DNA from: Thermoplasmata archaeon
Lineage (GTDB): Archaea > Thermoplasmatota > Thermoplasmata > RBG-16-68-12 > JAJISG01
NCBI GenBank assembly: GCA_046759185.1
Contig: JBHIBO010000002.1
Coordinates: 16,986 to 80,985, forward strand
DNA: 64,000 bases
Reading direction: 5' to 3'
A model generated the notes under the pieces. The model was not told the origin of the DNA. It was given only the letters and a program-made list of their open reading frames with translations, and searched no databases. The position numbers were made by a program, and so were the translations under genes. Within the stretch, counting starts at the first letter, position 1. Each line of letters starts with the position of its first letter. This document shows, in pieces, positions 9,625 through 19,615 of this stretch.

Positions 9625-10545
9625 GTGAGGAAACTGGTTGTGGCGCAATACCTGCTGACCTTCCGTGAGGTGCTCGAAGCATCCTTGCTGACGGCCATCA
9701 TCCTTTCCTACCTCGTGATGACCGGTCGTGCCGGCATGAAGCGGTACGCATGGTATGGCATCTCTGTCGCCCTGGCCGTCAGCCTCCTCCTCGGGGTCTT
9801 CATCTTCCTGCTGTATGGAGGGCTTTCCGAGGCAAACAGAATCCTCTTCGAGGGCGTCGCCGCCCTCATCGCCGTTGCCGTGCTTACATCGATGATCTTC
9901 TGGATGGCCCTCCAGGCCCGAACCATGAAGTCGCGTATCCAAGGACGCGTGGAAGCGGCCGCCACCAGAGGCGCGATCCTGGGAGTGGCTGCGGTGACCT
10001 TCATCCTGGTCTTTCGGGAGGGTCTCGAGACGGTCCTCTTCCTCACCCCCTTCATGGTCATGGAAGTCTCGGAAACCATCCTCGGCGTGGTCCTGGGCGT
10101 CGGAGCCGGCCTCGCGCTGGCCTACGCTGTCTTCCGCTTCGGGATCCGACTTGACCTCCGTAAGTTCTTCTTCTTCACGAGCGTCCTCCTCATCCTTCTC
10201 GCGGGTGGCTTGTTCGGGTACGCCATCCACGAGCTGATGGAATACGCCGCCATCCAGGGCGTGGATGCCGGATGGTGGGGACAGGCGGCGTACGTCCTGC
10301 CCTTCTCCGACGGCAGTCTCCTCCACAACAAGGGCCTCGTTGGCTCGATCCTTGCGGTTCTCTTCGGCTACGACATCGACCCCGAGTGGGGGCGCGTTAT
10401 CGCCCACGTCCTCTATCTCGCGGTGGCCCTTCCCTTGGTCATCTTCATCCACGCCCGTCCCAACGCTGTCGCGATGCTCGGCGCGCGCTTCAGGAGCTTC
10501 CGGCGTTCTCTCGCGGTCCGTGGGCAGACTCCCCACGAGGATTGA
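9625..10545 (+). CDS. FTR1 family iron permease
   Basis: Two RExxE motifs (FREVLE, FREGLE), about 7 TM segments. Confidence 0.92.
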   Translation: MRKLVVAQYLLTFREVLEASLLTAIILSYLVMTGRAGMKRYAWYGISVALAVSLLLGVFIFLLYGGLSEANRILFEGVAALIAVAVLTSMIFWMALQARTMKSRIQGRVEAAATRGAILGVAAVTFILVFREGLETVLFLTPFMVMEVSETILGVVLGVGAGLALAYAVFRFGIRLDLRKFFFFTSVLLILLAGGLFGYAIHELMEYAAIQGVDAGWWGQAAYVLPFSDGSLLHNKGLVGSILAVLFGYDIDPEWGRVIAHVLYLAVALPLVIFIHARPNAVAMLGARFRSFRRSLAVRGQTPHED

Positions 10546-10605
10546 AGGCTTCGATCGCCGGGATTCTCCCCAACGCTTTTCTCGCCCCTTCGTGTCCTCT
10601 CCCGG

Positions 10606-11778
10606 ATGACCATCGACGACTGGAAGGTTGACACGCTTGCCGCGCACTTGGCCCGACGCGGGGAACCGGGGCCCATGGTGGATCCCATCTCCGTGAGCGC
10701 CACGTACCGGTTGCGGGATGTGGAGGAGGGGGCCCGCTTCGCCCTGGAGAAAGCGCCCCTCGGGCTGTACGGGCGGTGGGGCATGCCCACGAATCGGGTT
10801 GTGGAGGACGCCTTGGCGGTCCTCGAAGGGGGAACCCACGCCCTCGTGACAGCCTCGGGTATGGGGGCCATCTCTCCCGCGATCCTGGCGCATGTATCCC
10901 AAGGCGACCACATCGTGGCCGGAAGGAGCCTGTACAGCGGCACCGCCGAGATGATGCTTCATACCCTCCCGCGTTTCGGGGTGGAGACCACCTTTGTCGA
11001 TCCCACCCGTCCCGGCGCGTTTTCGGAGGCGGTTCGTGAGGAGACGGCGCTGGTGTACATCGAGACGCCAGCGAACCCCACCATGTTTCTGACGGACATG
11101 CAGGAGGCGGCCAAGGCGGCCCACGAGGTGGGGGCGGTCGCCATGGCAGACAACACCTTCGCCTCCCCCATCAACCAGAGACCCCTGGACCATGGGGTCG
11201 ACGTCGTCCTCCACTCCGCCACCAAGTATCTAGGGGGCCACGCAGACGTCACGGCGGGCGTGGTGGTGACCGCGGACCAGGGGTTGCATGAAGAGATCTG
11301 GGACATGTACAAGCTCCTGGGGCCCACCCTCGGGGCCGTGGACGCGTTCCTCATCGCCCGGGGCATCAAGACACTCCCTTTGCGCGTGCGCCGAGAGAAC
11401 GCCACCGCGCAGGGGCTGGCCGAGTTCCTGACCGAGGATCCACGCGTGGCCACCGTTCACTACCCCGGCCTCCCCACCTTTCCCCAGCACGACCTCGCAC
11501 GGCGCCAGATGCTGGGCTTCGGCGGTGTGTTCTCCTTCGACCTAGCGGGCGGCTACGAGGCGGCCGTCAGGTTCGCGGAGGGTGTGCAGGTGGCCAGTCT
11601 AGCCGTGAGCCTCGGGAGCGTGGAGACCCTAGTCGAGCACGCCGCGAGCATCACCCATGGGATGCTTACCCCGGAAGAACGTGCGGCGGCCGGAGTCGAA
11701 GACGGTCTCATTCGCGTGAGTGTAGGGCTGGAAGACCTCGAGGACCTGAAGGAAGACTTCGCTCAGGCCTTGGGCTAA
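10606..11778 (+). CDS. Cys/Met metabolism PLP enzyme (methionine gamma-lyase/cystathionine gamma-synthase family)
   Basis: YGRWGMPT, SGMGAI, ETPANP, DNTFASP, HSATKYLGGH, AVSLGSVETL. Confidence 0.92.
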   Translation: MTIDDWKVDTLAAHLARRGEPGPMVDPISVSATYRLRDVEEGARFALEKAPLGLYGRWGMPTNRVVEDALAVLEGGTHALVTASGMGAISPAILAHVSQGDHIVAGRSLYSGTAEMMLHTLPRFGVETTFVDPTRPGAFSEAVREETALVYIETPANPTMFLTDMQEAAKAAHEVGAVAMADNTFASPINQRPLDHGVDVVLHSATKYLGGHADVTAGVVVTADQGLHEEIWDMYKLLGPTLGAVDAFLIARGIKTLPLRVRRENATAQGLAEFLTEDPRVATVHYPGLPTFPQHDLARRQMLGFGGVFSFDLAGGYEAAVRFAEGVQVASLAVSLGSVETLVEHAASITHGMLTPEERAAAGVEDGLIRVSVGLEDLEDLKEDFAQALG

Positions 11779-12239
11779 TCCCCCTTCTCCAGGACCCCCT
11801 CGATCCGGAGGAGGTGGACCTTCCACTCGATGCCCGCGCTGAAACCGCCGAGGCGGCCAGTGCTCCTGATGACACGGTGGCAGGGCACGACCACGCAGGA
11901 CCGGTTCTTGCTCAACGTGTAGGCCACGGCCCGGTGTGCCCGAGGCTGCCCCACCTCCTCCGCGATCTCCCGGTAGCTTCGGACCTCGCCGTAGGGGATG
12001 CGCTGCGTCGCCTGGAGGACGTTCACCTCGAAGGGCGTGTACCCGGAGAAGTCCACCGGGTAGTTGGAGAAGTCCACGGCCTCTCCCGCGAAGTAGCGCT
12101 CCAGGTCACGACTCAGGTCGGTGTCGGGATCGTCCCAGGAGCCGGTCATGTCGTCGGTCAGCACGATGCCCCGGACCCGATCGCCCTCCTCGCATACGTC
12201 CACGCGGCCAAGGTCCGTCTGGAGGGAGGTAACCTTCAT
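11775..12239 (-). CDS. ogt: Methylated-DNA--protein-cysteine methyltransferase
   Basis: IPYGEVRSY, active-site PCHRV. Confidence 0.92.
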   Translation of the reverse strand: MKVTSLQTDLGRVDVCEEGDRVRGIVLTDDMTGSWDDPDTDLSRDLERYFAGEAVDFSNYPVDFSGYTPFEVNVLQATQRIPYGEVRSYREIAEEVGQPRAHRAVAYTLSKNRSCVVVPCHRVIRSTGRLGGFSAGIEWKVHLLRIEGVLEKGD

Positions 12240-12270
12240 CGTTTTTCGTATGTGGGCCCGAGACTTGAGG

Positions 12271-14415
12271 TTAACTGGTTCCCTCCGCGGCAAAGGCGGT
12301 CAGGAGCACTCGGGCGTCCACGACCTTGCATCCCTTCCCCATCTCGAACACCAGATACGGGTTGATGTCGACTGCCTCGATCTCGGGGAAATCCTGGACG
12401 AGCTGCGAGAGGCGCTGCAGGCTCTCTGCCAGCTTCGCCACGTCCGAGGGGGGCTCGCCGCGCACCCCCTCCAGGATCGGGTAGCTCCGAATCCCCTGGA
12501 CCATGCGAAGGGCATCCGCGTCGGTCATGGGGGTGAGCCGGAAGACGACGTCGTTGAGAACCTCGACGTAGATCCCGCCCAGGCCGAACACGAGCATCGG
12601 TCCGAACTTCTCGTCGAGGTTCATGCCCATGATGGTCTCCTTGCCGCCACGGGCATACTCTTGGACGATCCACTCGTGGATCTCGAAGCCCTGGGTCGCC
12701 AACCGACGGGCCAGGGTGCGATGGTGTTTCCTGAGCTCCTCCTCGGTCCGGATGTCCAGCACCACCGCACCGTAGTCCGTCTTGTGGAGGATCTCGGGAT
12801 GGAGGGCCTTGAGGGCCACCGGGTAGCCAATCTCGTTCGCCGCGTCCGCAGCCTCCGAGAGGCCGCCCACGAGGCGGGACTTGACGATTCGGAAGCCGTA
12901 GCACCGCAGGAGCTCCAGGGCTTCCATCTCATGCAGGTGCGTTCGGCCCTCTTGGACGGCGTCCCCGACGATCTCTCGCGATCGCTTCCTTCGGACCCGG
13001 AACTGTCGGTACTCGCCTTCCTCCCGCTCCAGGTACTCCTGGTAGCGCCGCATGGCGGCCAACGCACGGGCCGCGCCCTCGGGGAAGAGGTAGGTGGGGA
13101 TGCCGTTCTCTACCAGCTCCGTCACACCAGGGGACTGTTCCCCTCGCCCGAGGAAGGTGCTGACCACGGGCTTGGCCTGTTTCCGGGCGGTCCGCCAGAT
13201 GGAGCGCGCCACGGCCACCTCGTCCTCCACAACGGGGGGGACGCTGATGGCGAGCAGCGCGTCCACGTTCGTGTCCTTCAGCACCGCCTCCACGGCCATG
13301 GCATACCGCTCCGCATCGGCGTCCGCAATCAGGTCCACGGGATTGACGGGACTTGCCTCCTCGGGAATGCGCGCCCGGAGGTAGTCGGTTGTCTTCTTGC
13401 TCAATTGGGCCGGCTTCATCCCCACGCGCACGAGGGCGTCCATGGCCATGATGCCCGGTCCGCCGCCGTTGGTCACGACGGCCACCCGCCTTCCCTGGGG
13501 GAGCGGCTGCAGCGCGAAGGCGGCCCCCAGGTCAAAGAGCTCCTCGATGGTTTCCGCCCGGAGGACCCCCGTCTGTTCGAAGAGGGCCTGGGTGCCGATA
13601 TCGGGACCGGCAAGGGCGCCCGTGTGGCTCGCCGCGGCGCGGCGACCGGCCTCGGTGCGTCCCGATTTCAGGGCAAGGATCGGTTTCGCCTTCGTCACCC
13701 GGCGGGCAATCGGCACGAACTCCCGTGGTTGCCCGAAGCTCTCGATGTAGAGGAGGATGAGATTCGTCTGTTCGTCGCCCTCGAGGTACTCGATAAACTC
13801 GTTCAAGGCGACGTCGGCGGCGTTCCCCAGGCTCACGAACTTCGAGAGGCCGACCCCCCGGTTCCGAGCCTGTTGCAGGATGGCGACGCCTAGGGCACCG
13901 CTCTGGGTCATGAACGCGATGTTCCCCCGGAGCGGCAGGATGGGCGAGAAGGTCGCATCCATCTGTACGCTGGCGTGGGTGTTGATGACCCCCATGCAGT
14001 TCGGGCCCACCATCACCATCCCATGCTTCCGGACTAGGGCCTCCAGCCTCTCCTCGAGCTCACGGCCCTTCTCTCCGGTCTCGCTGAAGCCGGCGGTGAT
14101 GACGATGAGTCCCTGGACACCCTTCTGACCGGCCTCTTCGACCACCTGCAGGACGTAGGCGGAGGGAACCACGATCACGGCCAGGTCTACGGGGTCTGGA
14201 ATGTCCAAGAGGGAGGGATACGCCCGGATGGAGTGAACGGACGAAGCGCGGGGGTTCACGGGGTAGACGCGCCCCTTGAAACGGTACGCCAGAAGGCTGT
14301 GGAGGATCTCCCAACCCACCTTGCCCTCCGACCGGGAGGCCCCCACCACCGCAATCGACTGGGGGGAGAAGATGCTGTCGAGCCGATTCGCCATCACCGC
14401 TGCCATGGGAGGCAT
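12271..14415 (-). CDS. acd: Acetate--CoA ligase (ADP-forming), fused alpha-beta subunits
   Basis: GASR, GPNCMG, QSGALG, SHTGALAG (phospho-His), C-terminal ATP-grasp with HKTD and DINP. Confidence 0.9.
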   Translation of the reverse strand: MPPMAAVMANRLDSIFSPQSIAVVGASRSEGKVGWEILHSLLAYRFKGRVYPVNPRASSVHSIRAYPSLLDIPDPVDLAVIVVPSAYVLQVVEEAGQKGVQGLIVITAGFSETGEKGRELEERLEALVRKHGMVMVGPNCMGVINTHASVQMDATFSPILPLRGNIAFMTQSGALGVAILQQARNRGVGLSKFVSLGNAADVALNEFIEYLEGDEQTNLILLYIESFGQPREFVPIARRVTKAKPILALKSGRTEAGRRAAASHTGALAGPDIGTQALFEQTGVLRAETIEELFDLGAAFALQPLPQGRRVAVVTNGGGPGIMAMDALVRVGMKPAQLSKKTTDYLRARIPEEASPVNPVDLIADADAERYAMAVEAVLKDTNVDALLAISVPPVVEDEVAVARSIWRTARKQAKPVVSTFLGRGEQSPGVTELVENGIPTYLFPEGAARALAAMRRYQEYLEREEGEYRQFRVRRKRSREIVGDAVQEGRTHLHEMEALELLRCYGFRIVKSRLVGGLSEAADAANEIGYPVALKALHPEILHKTDYGAVVLDIRTEEELRKHHRTLARRLATQGFEIHEWIVQEYARGGKETIMGMNLDEKFGPMLVFGLGGIYVEVLNDVVFRLTPMTDADALRMVQGIRSYPILEGVRGEPPSDVAKLAESLQRLSQLVQDFPEIEAVDINPYLVFEMGKGCKVVDARVLLTAFAAEGTS

Positions 14416-14452
14416 CCGCTTAACCTTAGGGGAATGTGGATGCGGATCGCGG

Positions 14453-16450
14453 TCAGGTCGCCTCGAGCTCCCGAATCAAACGTTCGACCACCGAGGCATC
14501 AGCCAGCGTCGACGTGTCCCCGATGTCGTCCAGTTGCCCCCCCGTCATCTTCCGGAGGATGCGTCGCATGATCTTCCCGGAGCGCGTCTTCGGTAGGTCG
14601 TCACAGAACTGGATCTTGTCCGGCGAGGCGATGGGACCAATGTCGTGTCGCACGGTCCCCACGAGGTCCTTCCGCAGCGCGTCGGAGGGTTCCACCCCTT
14701 CCCGGAGGACGACGTAGGCGTAGATGCCCTGCCCCTTCACCTCGTGCGGATACCCCACCACCGCGGCTTCCACCACGCTGTCGTGGGAGACCAGGGCGCT
14801 CTCGACTTCCGCCGTGGCCAGGCGGTGGCCGGAGACGTTGAGCACGTCGTCAATGCGGCCCATGAGCCAGTAGAAACCGTCCTCATCGAGGCGGCAGCCA
14901 TCGCTGGTGTAGAACGTTCCCGGGAACCGCTCGAAGTAGACCTCCCTGACCCGCTCGTTCTTCGGGTCCCCGTAGACTCCCCGGATCATGCCCGGCCATG
15001 GCTTCGTGATGACCAGGGCCCCGCCTTCGTTCACCTCGGCGGGGGTTCCATCCGAACGAAGGATCTGAGGTTCCACGCCGAAGAAGGGCTTCGAGGCGGA
15101 GCCGGGCTTCGTGGGGATGGCCCCCGGCAAGGGGGTGATGAGGATACCCCCGGTCTCCGTCTGCCACCAGGTGTCCATGATGGGAGACCGCTCCTTCCCG
15201 ATGACCTCGTAGTACCACATCCACGCCTCGGGATTGATGGGCTCCCCCACGGTCCCCAGGACCCGGAGGCTCGAGAGGTCATGCTTGTTCGCCCACTCGT
15301 CCCCTTGCCGCATTAGCGCGCGGATGGCCGTGGGGGCGGTGTAGAACACGGTGACGCCATAGTCCTCCACAATCTTCCAAAACCGATCCGGCTGGGGGTA
15401 CGTGGGCACCCCCTCAAACATGAGGACGGTCGCCCCCAGGGAGAGGGGGCCGTAGACGATGTAGGAGTGCCCGGTGATCCAGCCGATGTCCGCGGTGCAC
15501 CAGTAGACGTCCTCGTCCCGCAGGTCGAAGACGAGCTTTGCCGTGAGGGTCACGTAGACCATGTAGCCGCCCGTGGTGTGCAGGACCCCCTTCGGCTTCC
15601 CGGTGCTTCCGCTCGTGTAGAGGATGAAGAGGGGGTCCTCCGCGTCCATCTCCTCAGGCGGGCATTCCCCCACGGCCCGGTCGCTGGCCATCTCGTCATC
15701 CCACCAGAGGTCCCGCCCCTCCTGGAAGGGGACGTCGAGCCCCAGCCGCCGAACGACGAGGACGTGCCGGACATCCGGACACCCCTCGAGGGCGACCTCG
15801 GCGCTGTCCCTAGGCCGGATGACCTTCCCGGCGCGCGTGTATCCGTCGGTCGTGATGAGGAACGTGGAGTGGCCATCCAGGATGCGGTTCCGCAGGGAAT
15901 CCGCGCTGAAGGCCGAGAAGACGACGGAGTGAATGGCGCCGATGCGCGCGCAGGCCAGCATGGCGATGGCGAGCTCGGGGATCATGGGGAGGTAGATGGT
16001 GACCGTGTCCCCGCGCCGGACCCCACGCCCCTTCAGGATGTTAGCGAGCTTGGTCACCTCCTCGTACAGTTGCTCGTAGGTGAAGGTCCGCCGGTCCTCC
16101 TCCCGTTCACCCTGCCAGATGATCGCAGGCTTCGTTCCTCGTCCCTCCCGGAGGTGACGATCCAGGCAATTGTAGGTCGCGTTGAGCTTGCCGCCGGCGA
16201 AGTAGCGGACAAACGGCCCCTGGAACTCGCCCACCCGCTCAAAGTCGTACCAGAGGACCTCGTCCCACTTCCGGAACCACTCGAGGGTCTCCTCCGCCTG
16301 TCTGGCCCAGAAGGCCTCCGGGGTTTCCACGGAGTCCCGGTAGAGTTGCTCATACTCCTCCAGGCCACGGACGTGGGCCTCGTTGCGCAGCGCTCTGGGA
16401 GGGGGAAAGACCCGCTCCTCCCGGAACATCGAGGCAATCTCCCGTCCCAT
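14453..16450 (-). CDS. acs: Acetyl-CoA synthetase (AMP-forming)
   Basis: [33 protein letters not shown]. Confidence 0.96.
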   Translation of the reverse strand: MGREIASMFREERVFPPPRALRNEAHVRGLEEYEQLYRDSVETPEAFWARQAEETLEWFRKWDEVLWYDFERVGEFQGPFVRYFAGGKLNATYNCLDRHLREGRGTKPAIIWQGEREEDRRTFTYEQLYEEVTKLANILKGRGVRRGDTVTIYLPMIPELAIAMLACARIGAIHSVVFSAFSADSLRNRILDGHSTFLITTDGYTRAGKVIRPRDSAEVALEGCPDVRHVLVVRRLGLDVPFQEGRDLWWDDEMASDRAVGECPPEEMDAEDPLFILYTSGSTGKPKGVLHTTGGYMVYVTLTAKLVFDLRDEDVYWCTADIGWITGHSYIVYGPLSLGATVLMFEGVPTYPQPDRFWKIVEDYGVTVFYTAPTAIRALMRQGDEWANKHDLSSLRVLGTVGEPINPEAWMWYYEVIGKERSPIMDTWWQTETGGILITPLPGAIPTKPGSASKPFFGVEPQILRSDGTPAEVNEGGALVITKPWPGMIRGVYGDPKNERVREVYFERFPGTFYTSDGCRLDEDGFYWLMGRIDDVLNVSGHRLATAEVESALVSHDSVVEAAVVGYPHEVKGQGIYAYVVLREGVEPSDALRKDLVGTVRHDIGPIASPDKIQFCDDLPKTRSGKIMRRILRKMTGGQLDDIGDTSTLADASVVERLIRELEAT

Positions 16451-16549
16451 CCGTCGTCCACCAGCGGTCCGCCAACATTTGGGAGGCTACTTGAATCCTT
16501 GGGGGTGCATCATACCCCACTTTAAGGCGGCCGCGCTCATCTCGATCCC

Positions 16550-17713
16550 GTGGCCAAATCCCCCTCCCTCCTCCTCTACGACGAGGGGTACCTGGACTAC
16601 AACTTCGGACCGGCGCACCCCTTCCAGCAGGGCCGCGTCAAACTCGCCCGGGAACTCATCGACGGGGTGGGTCTCCTGGGACATCCGATGGCCCGGGAGG
16701 AGGCGGCCCTCCCCGCTTCCGAGGCACACCTCTTGCTCGCCCACGCCCCGGAGTACCTCGAGGTCGTGCAGCAGGCCGGCGAGAATCCCGCGACGGCGGG
16801 GATGCGCTACCTCGACTACGGCCTCGGGAGCGCCGACAACCCCATCTTCCCTCGCATGTACGAGGCCGCTGCCCTCCCCACAGGAGGTACCCTCGCTGCC
16901 GTCGACGCCGTGCGCCGGGGCGAGGCCCACAACGCCTTCAACCTCGGCGGCGGCTTTCACCACGCCCATCGCGCCCGGGCGTCGGGGTTCTGCATCTTCA
17001 ACGACCTCTCGGTGGCCATCCACCACCTCCTCCAGGAGGGCGTCTCACGGATCCTCTACCTCGACGTCGACGCCCACCACGGGGACGGGGTCCAATACGC
17101 CTTCTACGAGGACCCGCGGGTCCTGACCATCTCGCTCCACGAGGACGGTCGATACCTCTTCCCTGGGACGGGCTCTATCGACGAGGTGGGGGAGGGGGAG
17201 GGTGAGGGATACAGCGTCAACGTGCCCCTGCCCCCGCGGACCGGGGACGAGGCTTACCTCGATGCCTTCCGCGCCGTGGTGCCTCCCCTGGTCGAGGCCT
17301 TCGCGCCTGACCTCATCCTCAACCAGTTCGGGATTGACACCTACGTCACCGATCCCCTGACGCACCTCGGCCTCGGCACGTCCGCCCATCGGGCCATCGC
17401 CCAAGAGGCCCGGGCTCTCGCGGATCGGGTGTGTGGGGGACGATGGGTGGTGACGGGGGGCGGCGGCTACGAGCCCTCGGCCGTCGCGCGTGCATGGGCC
17501 CTCGTCTACGGGGTGATGCTCGGCGCCGGGATGGAGGACGCCATCCCCGAAGACGTGGCTTCGCTCCACCGCACCCTCTTTGGCGGCGACCTCGGGACAG
17601 GGGGCTTGGTCGACGATCCCCAACCCTCGACCCCCGCGGCCGAACGGGCCTTGGAAGGGGTCCTCGATCGGGTGAAAGCAACGGTGTTCCCCTTCCACGG
17701 ATTGGAGTCCTAG
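16550..17713 (+). CDS. acuC: Zn-dependent lysine deacetylase, AcuC/HDAC family
   Basis: HPF, GGFHHA, GFCIFND, DVDAHHGDG, SLHE, DPL, GGGGY. Confidence 0.92.
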   Translation: MAKSPSLLLYDEGYLDYNFGPAHPFQQGRVKLARELIDGVGLLGHPMAREEAALPASEAHLLLAHAPEYLEVVQQAGENPATAGMRYLDYGLGSADNPIFPRMYEAAALPTGGTLAAVDAVRRGEAHNAFNLGGGFHHAHRARASGFCIFNDLSVAIHHLLQEGVSRILYLDVDAHHGDGVQYAFYEDPRVLTISLHEDGRYLFPGTGSIDEVGEGEGEGYSVNVPLPPRTGDEAYLDAFRAVVPPLVEAFAPDLILNQFGIDTYVTDPLTHLGLGTSAHRAIAQEARALADRVCGGRWVVTGGGGYEPSAVARAWALVYGVMLGAGMEDAIPEDVASLHRTLFGGDLGTGGLVDDPQPSTPAAERALEGVLDRVKATVFPFHGLES

Positions 17714-18010
17714 GGGCCGCGGCTCGAGTGGGGAACGGGGTTGGCCTCCCTTGGGACAACGGTTATCGGGGAAAACGGTTAAATAAAAACCTCCGCATGC
17801 GCCGGCCGGGAATGCACTCTACGCGCCCCTCACTATCATCCCTGAGACTGGTGTCTCAACTGCTTTTAACCCCAAGCTTCAACGAGCGGCCCACGAGGCC
17901 GCGAGGCCACTTCATGGACTGGGATGAGATGCGAGAAGGGACCCGTTTTCGGAGCGCCGCCTCGCACGGCGTGACTCCCCGTCTCCCTGCAGCACAAAGG
18001 TTGGTGAAGG

Positions 18011-19606
18011 ATGGAACGAAAGCGCAAGAAGGACGAGGGCGAGGCGGAGAAGGAGCAATCCGAGAAGGTCGCGGATAAGCGAGCGGCGAAGATTCGGGAG
18101 GAGATGGAGGACCGCCTCGAGCGGCTGCGCTACCAGTACGAGCGCGAGCTCAACAACTTCCGCTACGAGATCCAGGAGCGGGATTACCGGCTGAAGGCCT
18201 ACGAGGACAAGTTCAACAAGATCAAGGAGCCGCCCCTCCTCTACGCCTACGTCGTCCGCAAGGGCGGCGAGGACCTCTCGGGGAACCAGGTCGTCGTGGC
18301 CCGGGCCAGCGAGATGCTGAAGGTCTCCGTGGGTTTCATCGACAAGGACGGCCTCGACATCGGCCAGTACGTCTGGGTTCACCCCCAGACCTACGCCATC
18401 GTGGAGGAGAGCCAGGAGGTCCACAAGGGCATCGTCGGCAAGGTCCAGGAGGTCCAAGAGACCAACCTCGTGGTCTCCATGGAGGGGGACCTGGAGAAGC
18501 GGATCATCAAGTGCGACGTCGAGACCGCGAAGACCATCAAACCGGGCTACCAAGTCTCCATCCTTCCACCGACCATGGAGATCCTCCAGGTCATGCCGGA
18601 CGCGGAGGTCAAGAGCCTCCTCTTGGGTGAGAAGCCCAACGTCACCTACGACCGGATTGGTGGGCTGGACGAGGCCATCGAGCGGATCAAGGACGTCGTT
18701 GTCCTTCCCTTCCAGGAGAAGAAGCTCTTCAAGAAGATCGACCTCAAGGCGCCCCGCGGCATCCTCCTCTACGGCCCGCCGGGCTGCGGCAAGACCCTCC
18801 TGGTCCGGGCCATCGCCACGGAGAACAACATGACGTTCTTCAACATCAGCGTGGCGGACATCCTCTCCAAATGGGTGGGCGAGAGTGAGCGGATCACCAA
18901 GGAGATCTTCCGACAGGCCCGGGATAAGAAGCCGAGCATCGTCTTCTTCGACGAGATTGAGGCCCTCTTCACCACCCGGGGCCTCTTGGACACCTCCGGC
19001 GTCCACAAGAACATCATCGCCCAGATCCTGTCGGAGATGGACGGCCTCATCGAGATGGAGGACGTCTTCGTTATCGGGGCCACGAACCGGCCCGACCTCC
19101 TCGACCCGGCCCTTATGCGGCCAGGGCGGTTCGACGAGATCATCGAGATCCCACGACCCGAACGGGACGCGGGGGAGATGATCCTGAGGATCTACCTGAA
19201 GAAGGGCCTCCCCATCGAGAAATCCTTCGTCGACAAGCACGGGGGCTACGACGAGGCCCACCAGAAGCTGCTGTTCTACGTCCTCGAGGAGCTCTACGCC
19301 CAGGACCGCTGGGTGAAGATGAAGGTGGACGCCGAGGCGAAAGAGTCCGTGAAGACCGTCAAACGACGGGACATCGTCTCGGGCGCCATCATCGAGGCCA
19401 TCGTGAAGACCGCGAAGAAGAACTTCGTGAAACGGGCCATCGAGATGCCGGCCAAGAAGCGAAGCGCGGCCGGCCTCTCCAAGGAAGACCTTCGCCTCGC
19501 TATCGAGGAGGAGTGCAAGGAACACGCCATCACGGAGATCTACATCTACGAGAAGCGGCAGCGCGAGGTCCGGCGGCAGAACGGCACCGACCCCATGGTC
19601 GGGTAG
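18011..19606 (+). CDS. arc: ARC/Mpa-type proteasomal AAA+ ATPase
   Basis: N-terminal coiled coil ending KIKEPP, two OB-like repeats, EKPNVTYDRIGGL, Walker A GPPGCGKT, Walker B IVFFDE, SRH TNRPDLLDPALMRPGRFD, and an Mpa-like C-terminal region (YLKKGLPI...ELYA...DIVSGAIIEAIVKTAKK); GGTGA RBS. Confidence 0.85.
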   Translation: MERKRKKDEGEAEKEQSEKVADKRAAKIREEMEDRLERLRYQYERELNNFRYEIQERDYRLKAYEDKFNKIKEPPLLYAYVVRKGGEDLSGNQVVVARASEMLKVSVGFIDKDGLDIGQYVWVHPQTYAIVEESQEVHKGIVGKVQEVQETNLVVSMEGDLEKRIIKCDVETAKTIKPGYQVSILPPTMEILQVMPDAEVKSLLLGEKPNVTYDRIGGLDEAIERIKDVVVLPFQEKKLFKKIDLKAPRGILLYGPPGCGKTLLVRAIATENNMTFFNISVADILSKWVGESERITKEIFRQARDKKPSIVFFDEIEALFTTRGLLDTSGVHKNIIAQILSEMDGLIEMEDVFVIGATNRPDLLDPALMRPGRFDEIIEIPRPERDAGEMILRIYLKKGLPIEKSFVDKHGGYDEAHQKLLFYVLEELYAQDRWVKMKVDAEAKESVKTVKRRDIVSGAIIEAIVKTAKKNFVKRAIEMPAKKRSAAGLSKEDLRLAIEEECKEHAITEIYIYEKRQREVRRQNGTDPMVG

Positions 19607-19615
19607 GAGAACGGA

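Noticed and set aside
17431-18078. 215-aa plus-strand ORF across the acuC-arc intergenic region
   Set aside because: Overlaps both genes out of frame, low complexity, and crosses an AT-rich promoter-like tract (~17772-17790)
18011-19606. Calling the ATPase ordinary archaeal PAN or Cdc48/VAT
   Set aside because: Single AAA domain, two OB-like segments, Mpa-type C-terminal insertions and adjacency to pafA/dop favour ARC/Mpa
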